Positions 25,501-40,140 of a DNA stretch of 64,000 bases are shown here, piece by piece (positions within the stretch are counted from its first letter, which is position 1; the number at the start of each line of letters is the position of its first letter). The notes beneath the pieces were generated by a model. It did not search any database. It was not told where the DNA came from and worked only from the letters and a program-made list of their open reading frames with translations. The DNA is taken from the NCBI RefSeq assembly GCF_009914755.1, contig NC_060940.1; one strand, written 5' to 3'. A program made the position numbers and the translations under genes. The stretch comes from the human T2T-CHM13v2.0 reference genome, Homo sapiens.

Positions 25501-27095
25501 GATAGCCAGCTGGCCCCAGGCATTCTAATAGGAGAGACCCCTGACTGACCCCAAGCAGTCTAATAATAGGGACACCTGCGTGACCCAGGCATTTTAATGG
25601 GAGAGACTCCCAGCTGATGCCAGATATTCTAATAAAATAGACTCCTGGCAGACCCCAGGCAGTCTAAGGACAGAGACATCTGGTCGACCCCAGACATTCT
25701 AAAGAAGAGACTCCCAACAGACCCCAGGCAGTCTAATAATAGAGAGAGCTGAGCGATGCCAGGCATTCTAATGAGACAGATTTCAGTGAGTCTAATTATA
25801 GAGACATATGAGCGACCCCAGTCATTCTAATGGGAGAAACTTTTGGCCTACCCAAGGCATTTTAATAGGAGAGACTCTGTGATGACCCTTCTATCTAATG
25901 ATAGAGGCAGCTTGGCAATCCCAGGCATTCCAATTGGAGAGAATTTTGGCTGACCACAGGCTTTCTAATGATAGAGACAGCTGTGAGACCTGAGGCATTT
26001 AACAGGGAGATATTCCTGGGTGATCCCAGTAAGTCTAATGATGGAGACACCTGGGAGACCCCAGGCATCAAAATGGGAGAGACTCTTAGCAAACCGCCGG
26101 CATTTTATTAATAGAAATAACTAGGCAAACCTAGGCATTCTAATGATAGAGACACCTAGATGACCCAAGGCATTCTAATGTGAGAGACTTTCAGGTGACC
26201 ACAGTCATTATAACGAAATAGAATCCTGACTGACCCTAGGCAGTCTAATGATAGAGACACCTGGACCACCCCAGGCATTTTAATAGGAGAGACTCTTGGC
26301 TGACCCCGGGAGTCTAATGATACAGACACCTGGGTGATCACAGACGTTTTAATGGGAGAGATTTTGGCTGACCCCAGGGAGTCTAATGATAGAGACATCT
26401 GGGTATACTAATGGAAGAGACTCCCCATCGACCCCAGGCATTCTAATAATAGAAAAACCTGGGCAACCCCAGGCATTCTAATGGGACATACTACTGGCCA
26501 ACACCAGGCATTCTACTAAGGCAAACTCCTGACCAACCATGGGCAGCCTAAGGATACAGACACCTGTGTGACCCCAGGCATTCTAATGAGAGAGACACCC
26601 AGTTGACACCAGGCATTGCAATGGGAGAGACTCCTGGCCAATCCCAAGCATTATAACTATAGAGACAACTGTGTAACACCAGGCATTCTAAGGAAAGAGA
26701 CTACTGGCCGACAACAGGCAGTCTAATAGTAGAGACACCTGGTCAACCTCAGGCATTCTAATAGAAGAAACTCCTGGCCAACCCCAGGCATTGTAATAGG
26801 GGAAACTCTTGGCCAAACACAGGCTAATAACAGAGACAACTGGGCAATGCCAGGCATTCTGTGGAGAGACACCTGGCTGACCCAAGGCATTCTATTGATA
26901 GAGACAGTAGGCATTTCAATGGGTGAGCCTCCCTGCCAACCCCAGGCAGTCTAAAGATACAGACACCTGGGTGACAGCAGGCATTCTAATGGCAGAGACG
27001 ACTGGCCAACCCCAGGCAGTCTAACAGTAGAGACACCTGGGTGATCACAGGCCTTCTAATGGGAAAGACTCCTGGCTGCCCCCAGGCATTCTAAT
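16568..27095. repeat. 35-bp satellite (HSAT4-type), block 1
   Basis: Loosely alternating 35-mers TCTAATGATAGAGACACCTGGGCGACCCCAGGCAT and TCTAATGGGAGAGACTCCTGGCCGACCCCAGGCAG, strongly diverged and CpG-decayed. Confidence 0.88.
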
Positions 27096-27360
27096 TCTTA
27101 TAGGTAAAATGTTTATTTAGAAACAGAATGCTTGTTTCTTGGGACTACAAAGAAAATTAACAGACAAAAAGTTTTCTCAGTAAGGTAATTTTACTTTCTG
27201 CAGAAAGGGTGCTCCTTGCAGATGGAAAAATGGTGAGAGCATCCTTTCTACAGAAAGTAAAACTGCCTTGCTGAGAAAACTTTTTGTCTGAATGTTAATT
27301 TTCCCTTGTGGTACCAATAAACAAGCATTCTGTTTCTAAATAGACATTGTACTTATAAAA
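27096..27360. repeat. Imperfect ~120-bp-arm inverted repeat made of LTR R-U5 (replaces the 5' LTR)
   Basis: 27096-27214 is the reverse complement of 27237-27360 (~11% mismatch). Both arms match the 3' LTR end at 35356-35476. Confidence 0.93.
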
Positions 27361-27363
27361 AAA

Positions 27364-27381
27364 TGGTGGCCTGTATAAGGA
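27364..27381 (+). promoter_or_regulatory. Primer-binding site, tRNA-Ile (degenerate)
   Basis: TGGTGGCCTGTATAAGGA vs TGGTGGCCCGTACGGGGA (14/18, mismatches mostly at CpGs). Confidence 0.8.
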
Positions 27382-28482
27382 TACATTCTCCTCTCAGAGA
27401 GGTCTCTGGTCCTCTCTCATGAGGAGGCACCCCATTGCCTCATTGCAGTGGCCTCAGGGTTAAGGAATTGAGAACCACTGGGTGTGACAAATAAACCTGA
27501 ACTCTCAGCAATGCAGAAAGAAACCGGCCAATGATCTGAAGTAAAGGATCCTCACATACCAACTGGACCAGGTAACCTCATGCATGAGACAAGGAAGGAA
27601 ACACTGGAGGAGCCAGTAAAGTATGTCCTTGGTGGTTGGGACTAAGGAAAGAAAAACCATGAGGTGATGAAGCATTCCTTGGTTAGGACATATCAAGGAA
27701 AGAGAAGCTGCAGGGGTGGTAAGGCATTCCTTATGACTAAGAAAAGAAAATCCATGGGGCGCAGGGAAGTGTTCCTTAGTCATGATGTCTTGGAAGTTCA
27801 TAAAGAGAGGTGAGAAGTCCCTATTGGGGAGGAGATTGAGACTTACACACACCTCCAGTAGTAGGAAAGATATTCAGAACTTCCCGTTCTTCTCTCCTTG
27901 AGGGAAGAAAGAGGTAGGATCCAGAGTATCTACCTTAGAAAATTGATAATAAAGGAGATTAAACAATCCATACCCCAAAACGAGGAGCTTACTCAAACAT
28001 TTAATATATAGCAAGGGAAAGACCAGAAGGAGAAGAAATGGAAACTGATATGGATGTTGCAGATGTGACTATTTAAAGGAGTTCAGGCTCATCCATCTCT
28101 GTGGAGCACAGGCTGGATGTTGAATTAAGGGCATCAGGTCCCAGTAGCACTAACATCTCTTCTGGCCCCAGCCCCAGTCCCAGTCCCGGTCCCAGCCCTG
28201 GTCCCCATCCTGGAGTCCAGTGTATTCCACAATGAGCAGCACTTCAGAAATCCATGTTGAATTTCCTCAAGCAGGCCTTCCAAGACCCTGGCATTTCATC
28301 AACCAGAAAAAGAATAAAAAAACTGTAGCCTCAATTCTTACCTCTTTAACAACTATAATAAGTTTACTCCTTCTTCTTAGGTGTTGTGTTATACCATACA
28401 CCCAGGAGTTAATCAAAACAACTAAGCCAAGAATTATTAAGACAGTTTGAAGATGAAAACTATACAATCAAAAGGGGGAAAT

Positions 28483-28583
28483 TGTAGAAAGTAAAAAGGT
28501 TCCTCTTAAAGTTTTCCTTCTTGTTAAATAATAAATCATAAGTGCTAGAAATAATAGTTTCTTTTAAAGACTAAATCCCTTCA
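28483..28583 (+). mobile_element. 3' LTR (LTR10-like), 5' part before the L1
   Basis: TGTAGAAAGTAAAAAG follows the PPT; the LTR continues after the L1 TSD. Confidence 0.8.
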
Positions 28584-29608
28584 GGGCATTTCCAAGATGG
28601 CCGAATAGGAACAGCTCCAGTCTACATCTCCCAGCATGAGCAACGCAGAAGACGGGTGATTTCTGCATTTCCAACTAAGGTACCAGGTTCATCTCACTGG
28701 GGCTTGTTGGACAGTAGGTGCAGGAAAGTGGGTGTAGTGCACTGAACATGAGCTGAAGCAGGGTGAGGCATCACCTCACCCAGGAAGAGCAAGGGGTCAG
28801 GGGATTCCATTTCCTAGCCAAGCAAAGCTGTGACAGATGGCACATGGAAAATTGGGTCACTCCCACCATAATACTGCAGTTTTCCAGTGGTCTTAGCAAA
28901 TGGCACAGCAGGAGATTATATCCCATGCCTGGCTCAGAGGGTCCCACACCCACTGAGCCTCACTCATTGCTAGCACAGCAGTCTGAGATTGAACTGCAAG
29001 GTAGCAGTGAGGCTGGGGGAGTGGTACCAGCCATTGCTGAGGCTTGAGTAGGTAAAAAAAGTGGCTGCGAAGTTCGAACTGGGTGGATCCCATGGCAGCT
29101 CAAGGAGGCCTGCCTGCCTCTGTAGACTCCACCTCTGGGGGCAGGACATAACTGAACAAAGGCAGCAGAAACCTCTGTAGACTTAAATGTCCCTGTCTGA
29201 CAGCTTTGAAGAGGGTAGTGGATCTCCTAGCAAGGAGTTTGAGATCTGAGAAAAGACAGACTCCCTCCTCAAATGGATCCCTGACCCCTGAGTAGCCTAT
29301 CTGGGAGGCATCCATCAGTAGGGGCAGACAGACACCTTACATGGCCAGGTACCCCTCTGAGATGAAACCTCCTGAGGAATAATCAGACAGCAACATTTGC
29401 TGTTCAGCAATATTTGCTGTTCTGCAGTCTCTGCTGCTGATACTCAGGCAAACAGGGTCTGGAGTGGAACTCCAGCAAACTCCAACAGACCTGCAGCTGA
29501 GGGTCCTGGCTGTTAGAAGGAAAACTAAGACACAGAAAGGACATCCACATCAAAATCCCATCTGTACGTCACCATCAGCAAAGAGAAAAGGTAGATAAAA
29601 CAACAAAG

Positions 29609-30626
29609 ATGGGAAAAAAAACAGAACAGAAAAACTGAAAATTCTAAAAATCAGAGCACCTCTCCTTCTCCAAAGGAACACAGCTCCTCACCAGCAATGG
29701 AATAAAGTTGGATGGAGAATGACTTTGACGAGATGAGCAAAGAAGGCTTCAGATGATCAAACTTCTCTGAGCTAAAGGAGGAAGTTCAAACCCATGGCAA
29801 AGAAGTTAAAAACCTTGAAAAAAATTTAGATGAATAGATAACTAGAATAACCAATGCAGAGAAATCCTTAAAGGACCTGATGGAGCTGAAAACCATGGAA
29901 TGAGAACCATGTGATGAAAGTACAAGCTTCAGTAGCTGATTTGATCAACTGGAAGAAAGGGTATCAGTGATGGAAGATCAAATGAATGAAATGAAGTGAG
30001 AAAAGAATTTTAGAGAAAAAAGAATAAAAAGAAACCAACAAAGCCTGCAGGAAATGTGGGACTATGTGAAAAGACCAAATCTACATCTAATTGGTGTACC
30101 TGAAAGTGACAGGGAGAATGGAATCAAGTTGGAAAACACTCTGCACGATATTACCCAGGAGAACTTCCACAACCTAGCAAGGCAGGCCAACATTCAAATT
30201 CAGGAAATACAGAGAATGCCACAAAGATACTCCTCGAGAAGAGCAACTCCAAGACACATAATTGTCAGATTCATCAAAGTTGAAATGAAGGAAAAAATGT
30301 TAAGGGCAGCCAGAGAGAAAGGTTGGGTTACCCACAAAGGCAAGCCTATCAGACTAACAGCTGATATCTTGGCACAAACTCTACAAGCCAGAAGACAGTG
30401 TGGGCTGACATTCAACATTCTTAAAGAAAAGAATTTTCAACACAGAATTTCATATCCAGCCAAAAGAAACTTCATAAGTAAAGGAGAAATAAAATCCTTT
30501 ACAGACAAGCAAATGCTGAGAGATTTTGTCACTGCCAGGCCTGCCCTACAAGAGCTCCTGAAAGAAGCACTAAACATGGAAAGGAACAACTGGTACCAGC
30601 CACTGCAAAAACATGCCAAATTGTAA
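29609..30626 (+). pseudogene. L1 ORF1p remnant
   Basis: ATG-GGK start, then a frameshift and stops. The C-terminal half reads WDYVKRPNL...YQPLQKHAKL. Confidence 0.9.
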
Positions 30627-30706
30627 AGGCATGTTTACATGCCTTTACATCAAGGCTAGGAAGAAACTGCATCAACTAATGATCAAAATAACCAGCTAAC
30701 ATCATA

Positions 30707-34554
<3,848 letters not shown>

Positions 34555-34747
34555 AAAATGAGAACACTTTGACACAGGAAGTGGAACATCACACACTGGT
34601 CCTGTCTTTGGGTGGGGGGAGGGGGAAGGGATAGCATTAGGAGATATACCTAATGTAAATGTTGAGTTAATGGGTGCAGCACACAAACATGGCACATGCA
34701 TACATATGTAACAAACCTGCACTTTGTGCACATGTACCCCAGAACTT

Positions 34748-34960
34748 AAAGTATTATATATACTAAAGTGTATATAGTATATATAAAGTATTATATATAC
34801 TATATATAATATATATAAAATATACTAAAGTATATATAATACTTTATATATATAAAGTATATATAAAGTATATATATAAAGTATATATATAAAGTATATA
34901 TATTAAAGTATTATATATACTAAAGTATTATATATATTTATATATATTATATATATAAAT
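34748..34960. repeat. (TA)n-rich low-complexity tail with repeated AAAGTAT units
   Basis: About 210 bp of almost pure A/T where the L1 poly(A) tail would be. Confidence 0.9.
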
Positions 34961-34977
34961 AAGACTAACTTCCTTCA

Positions 34978-35476
34978 AGCCTCGTCATTTTGTGCAAAAA
35001 ATTCTTTGTTAAGCCCTACCCTATGTAGCTGTTAGATGTCAGAGAATGAGTACATTCTATGTCCTTGTACTTTAACCAAGATATTTGTGCTGGGCATGCT
35101 CACAGGCACATCCCAGCTCGCAGCCTATGCCCCTTCTCTATTTGGCATAACTAACTTCCTCTTTTCCTTTGTTCTCCCTTGCCTTTACATAGTTAGGAAA
35201 GTATTAAATTATTAGCCAGTCAGGTTAGCTTAGAGTGTGTGGTCCGGCTTCAGCCAATGGAGACAGGACACATTAGCAGGGACAAGCTGTGTAAGGGATA
35301 AAAGTTGCTTCCCTCCTTTGTTCAGGTGTGCTCTTGCCATTGTTCCATCTGCGAGGAGCACCCTTTCTGCAAAAAGTAAAATTGGCTTGCTGAGAAAATT
35401 GTCTAAATGCTATTTTTTTCCTTGCAGTTCCTACTAACAAGCATTCTATTTCTGAATAAATATTTTACTTATAACA
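34978..35476 (+). mobile_element. 3' LTR (LTR10-like), remainder
   Basis: GATAAAA box at 35297, R hairpin at 35328-35361, AGTAAA at 35375-35380, end ACTTATAACA. Confidence 0.8.
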
Positions 35477-38400
35477 CTAATGATAGAGACAACTGGATGA
35501 CTCCAGTCATATTAATGAGAGGACTCCAGACCAACACCAGGAATTCTAGCGTAAGAATTCTAATGTAAGTCACTCCTGGCTGACCCCAAGCAGTCTAATA
35601 ATAGAGACACATGGGAGACCCCAGGCATTCTAATGGGAGAGACTCCTAGCTAAACCCAGGCAATCTAATAATAGAGACATCCGAGTGATCCCAGGCATTC
35701 TAGTGGGTGAGATTCTTGGCTGACCACAGGCATACTAATGATAGAGACAACTGTGTGACCCTAGGCATTATAATGGAAGAGACTCCCAGCCAACCCCAGG
35801 CTGTCTAATAATAAAGACACCTGGGCGACTCCAGGCATTCTAATGGGAGTGGCTCTCAGCCAACCTTAAGCATTCTTATAGTAGAGACACCTGGGCAACT
35901 CCAGGAATTCTAATGATAGAGACCCCTGTGTGATCCCTGGCATTTTAGTGGGACAGACTCCCGGCTGTCCCAGGCATTCTAATGGGAGACACTCCTGGCC
36001 AACCCCAAGCACTCTAAGGATTGAGACAACTGAGCAACCTCAGGCATTCTATTGGGAGAGATTCCTGGCTGACACAAGGCAGTCTAATTATAGAGACATT
36101 TGGGAGACCTTAGGCATTTTAATGGGAGAGACTCCCGGCCAACCCCATGCAGTCTAATAATAGAGACACCTCAGTGACCCCAGGCATTCTAATGGGAGAG
36201 ACTCCTAGCTGAACCCAGCCAATCTCATAATAGAGACACCTGAGCAATCCCAGGCATTATAATGGGTGAGACTCTCGGCCGACCCCGGGCATACTAATGA
36301 TAGAGACACCTTGGCGACCCCAGCCATTATAATGGAAGAGCATTCTGGTTGCCCCAGGTGGTCTAATAATAAAGACACACGGGGGACTCCAGGCATTCTA
36401 ATGGGAGTGGCTCTCAGCTGATCTTAAGCATTATTATGGTAGAGACACCTGGGAAACTCTGGGAATTCTAATGATAAAGACACCTGGGTGACCCCTGGCA
36501 TTTTAATGGGAGAGATTCCAGGCTGTCCCCAGGCATTCTAATGGGAGAGACTCCTGGCCAACCCCAGGCACTCTAAGAATAGAGACATCTGAGTGACCCC
36601 AGGCATTCTAATGGGAAGGACTCCCATTAGAATTTTTTCCTGACACAAGGCAGTCTAATTATAGAGACATCTGGGAGACCTTAGGCATTCTAATGGGAAA
36701 CACTCCTGGCTGACACAGGGCATTCTAATGATAAAGAAACCTGGGTGGTTCCAGGCCTTTTAATTGGAGAGATTTCCAACTGACCCCAGACATTCTAATA
36801 AGAGAAACTTTTGGCCAATGCCAGGCAGTCTAAAAATAGAGACACCTGGGCATTCTGATGGGAGAGACTCACTGCCAACCCCAGGAATTCTAATGAAGAG
36901 ACTCCTGGACCATCCCAGGAAGTCTAATGATAGAGAAACCTGGGCAACCTCAGGCATTTTAATGTCAGAGATTCCGGTCTACCCCAGGCAGTCTAATGAT
37001 AGAGACATTAGGCATTGCAATGAGAGAGACTCCCAGATGACCCAAATAATTCTAATTACAGAGACACCTGGGCATCCACAGGCATTTTAATGTGAGAGGC
37101 TCCTGGCTGAACCAAGGCAGTCTAATGATAGAGACACCTGGGCAACCCCAGGCATTCTATTAAGAGAGATTCCTGAAAGACCCCAGGCATTCTAATGATA
37201 CAGACATCTGGGAGAACCTAAGCATTCTAATGGGAGAGATTCCAGGCCGATGCCAGGCATTATAATGGAGACACTCCTGGCAAACCCCAGACAATCTAAT
37301 GTTAGAGACACCTGGGTGACCCCAGGCATTCTAATGGGAGAAACACTCGGCTGACCACAGGCATTCCAATGTTAGAGAAACATGGGGGACCCCAGGCATT
37401 TTAAAGGGAGAGATTCCTGGCTCACCCCAGGCATTCTAATGGGAGAGATTCCTGGTTGACCCCAGGCAGTCTAATTATAGAGACACCAGAATGATCTTAG
37501 GCATTCAAATTTGAGAGACTCCCGGCAGACCACACGCAGAGTAATGATAAAAATAACTGGGTGACTGAAGGCATTCTAAAGGGAGACACTTTTGTCCATC
37601 TCCAGGTATTCTAATGGGAGAGACACCTGGCTGAACAGAGGCAGTCTAATGATAGAGATATCTGGGCCACCCCAGGCATTTTAATGGAAGAAACTCCTAG
37701 ATGACCATAAGCAGTCCAATTAAAGAGAGAACTGGGCGACTCCAGGCATTCTAATAGAAGAGACTCCCTCCGACCCCAGACAGTCTAAGGATAGAGACAC
37801 CTGGGTGACTCCAGGCATTCTAATGGGAGAGACTCCTGCCCAACCCCATGCAGTTTAATTGTAGAGACACCTGAACGACCCCAGGCCTTCTAATAGGAGA
37901 GACTCCTGACTGACCCCAGGCAGTCTAATGATAGAGACACCCTGGGTGAACCCAAACTTTCTAATGGTAGAGACACCCCACAAACCCCAGTTGGTTTGAT
38001 GATAAAGACATCAGGCGAACCAAAGCATTCTAATGGGAGAGACTCCTGGCAGACCCCAGGCATTCTAATGATAGAGACACAAGGGAGTCCCCAGGCATTC
38101 TAATAAAAGGGACTCCAGGCCGACACCAGGCATTCAAATAATAGAAATACCTTGGTGACCCCAGGCATTTTAATGGGAGAGACTCCTGGCCAACCCAGGC
38201 ATTCTCATGATAGAGACCCCTGGCCAAACCCAGGCATTAGAATGATAAAGACATCTGGGTGACCTCAGTCATTCTAATGGGAGAAACTCCCAACTGACAC
38301 CAGTCAGTCTAAAAATAGAGACACCTGGGTGACCCCAGGCATTCTAATGACAGAGACGCCTGACTGACCCCTGGCATTCTAATAATACAGACATAGGGGC

Positions 38401-39827
38401 GTTCCCAGGCATTTTAATGGGAGAGATTCCCGGCCAACTCAGGCATTCCCATTATAGAGACACCTGAGCGAACCCAGTCATTCTAATAATAGAAACAACT
38501 GGTGATCCTGGGCATTCTAATGGGAGAGACTCCTGGCCGACCTTAGGCATTCTAAGAGTAGAGAAACCTGGGGAACCTTAGGCATTCTAAAAATAGAGAC
38601 TCCTGCTCAACACCAGGCAGTTTATTTATAGAGACACCTCGGCAAACCCAGGCATTCTAATAGGAAGGACTCCTGGCAGACCTCAGGCATTCTAAGAATA
38701 GAGACACCTGGATGAACCCAGGCATCCTAATGGGAGAAACTTTAGGCCAAGCCTGGGCAGTCTAATTATAGCAACATCTGGTTGTACCTAGGCATTCTAA
38801 TGGGAGAGACTCCTGGCTGACACCAGGCAGACTAAGGGTAAAGACACCCAGGCAAACCCAGGCATTTCAATGGGAGAGACTTCTGGCTGAGCCCGGGCAG
38901 TCTAACTATAGAAACACCTGAGTGACGCCGGGCATTGTAATGGGAGAAACTCCTGCAACACCCTAGGCAGTCTAATAATAGAGAAACCTCGGGAACCACA
39001 GGCATTCTAAATAAAGAGAATCCCAGCTGACCCTCGGCATTCTAATGGGAGAGAATCCTGGCTGACAACAGACAGTCAAATGATAGAGACACCTGGGCGA
39101 CCCCAGACATTCTAATAAAAGAAACTCCCAGCTTACCCCATGCAGCCTAATGATAGCGACACCTGGGCAAACACAGCCATCTTAATGGGAGAGAAACCCG
39201 ACCATCCCCAGGCCATCTAATAGTACAGTCTTCTGGGTGACCCCAGACATTCTAATAGGAGAGATTTTTGGCGGTGCTTAGGCAGTCTAATTGTAGAGAC
39301 ACATATGCAACCCCAGGCACTCAAATGGGATAGCTTCCTGCTAGACCTCAGGCAGTCTAATTACATAGACACCTGGGTGACCCCTGACATTCTAGTAAAA
39401 GAGACTCTCAGCCTACCTTAGGCAGTCTAATGATAGAGACAGCTTGGCCACCCCAGGTATTCTAATGAAAGAGACTCCCGAATGAACCCAGGGAGTCTAA
39501 TGATGAAGACACCTGGAAGACCCAGGGATTTTAATGAAAGTGTCTCTTGGCCAACCCCAGGCATCCTAATGATAGAGACACATTCACATCTTCAGGCATT
39601 CTAATGGGAGAGACACCTGGCCGACACCAGGCATTCTAATGATAATGACACCAAGGTGACTCCAGGCATTTTAATGGAAGAGACTTTCAGACAACACAGG
39701 CATTCTCATGATAGAGACACCTGGCTGATTCCAGGCATTCTGATGATGGAGACATCTGGACTACAGCAGGCATTCTAATGGTAGAGACTCCTGGCCCACC
39801 CCATGCTGTCTAATGATAGAGACACCT
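35477..39827. repeat. 35-bp HSAT4-type satellite, block 2
   Basis: Same monomers and orientation as block 1, resuming in phase after the TSD. Confidence 0.88.
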
Positions 39828-40140
39828 ATAAGGAAGAATAGAATACTCCAAGATTAAAACTAGAAACAAGTTATCTGTGAAAATGCTTTATGATGTGTAT
39901 TTCATCTCACAGAGTTAAACCTTGGTTTTGATTCAACAAATTGAAAACATTCTTTTTACAATCTACAAAGAAATACTACTGAACCCATTGTGGTCTAGAG
40001 TGAAAATCTGAATATTTCGCAATGAAAACTTAAAAAAAGTCTGTCAAAATGCTTTGTGATGTGTGGATTCCTCAGAGGGTTAAAGATTTGCTTTGATTCA
40101 ACAGGATAAAAACACTCTTTTTGTAGAAACAAGCTATCAG
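39828..40140 (+). repeat. Alpha satellite, ~2 monomers in the orientation opposite to the main block
   Basis: AAAACTAGAAACAAGTTATCTGTGAAAATGCTTT...CTCACAGAGTTAAACC, the reverse complement of the downstream monomers. Confidence 0.88.

Noticed and set aside
16568-27095. 35-bp partly palindromic repeats superficially like a CRISPR array
   Set aside because: The repeats are head-to-tail with no unique spacers, there are no cas genes, and the context is primate satellite and Alu/L1.
28220-28450. 76-aa ORF with a hydrophobic helix
   Set aside because: It is explained as an env transmembrane remnant fused to unrelated upstream sequence, with a GTG start.
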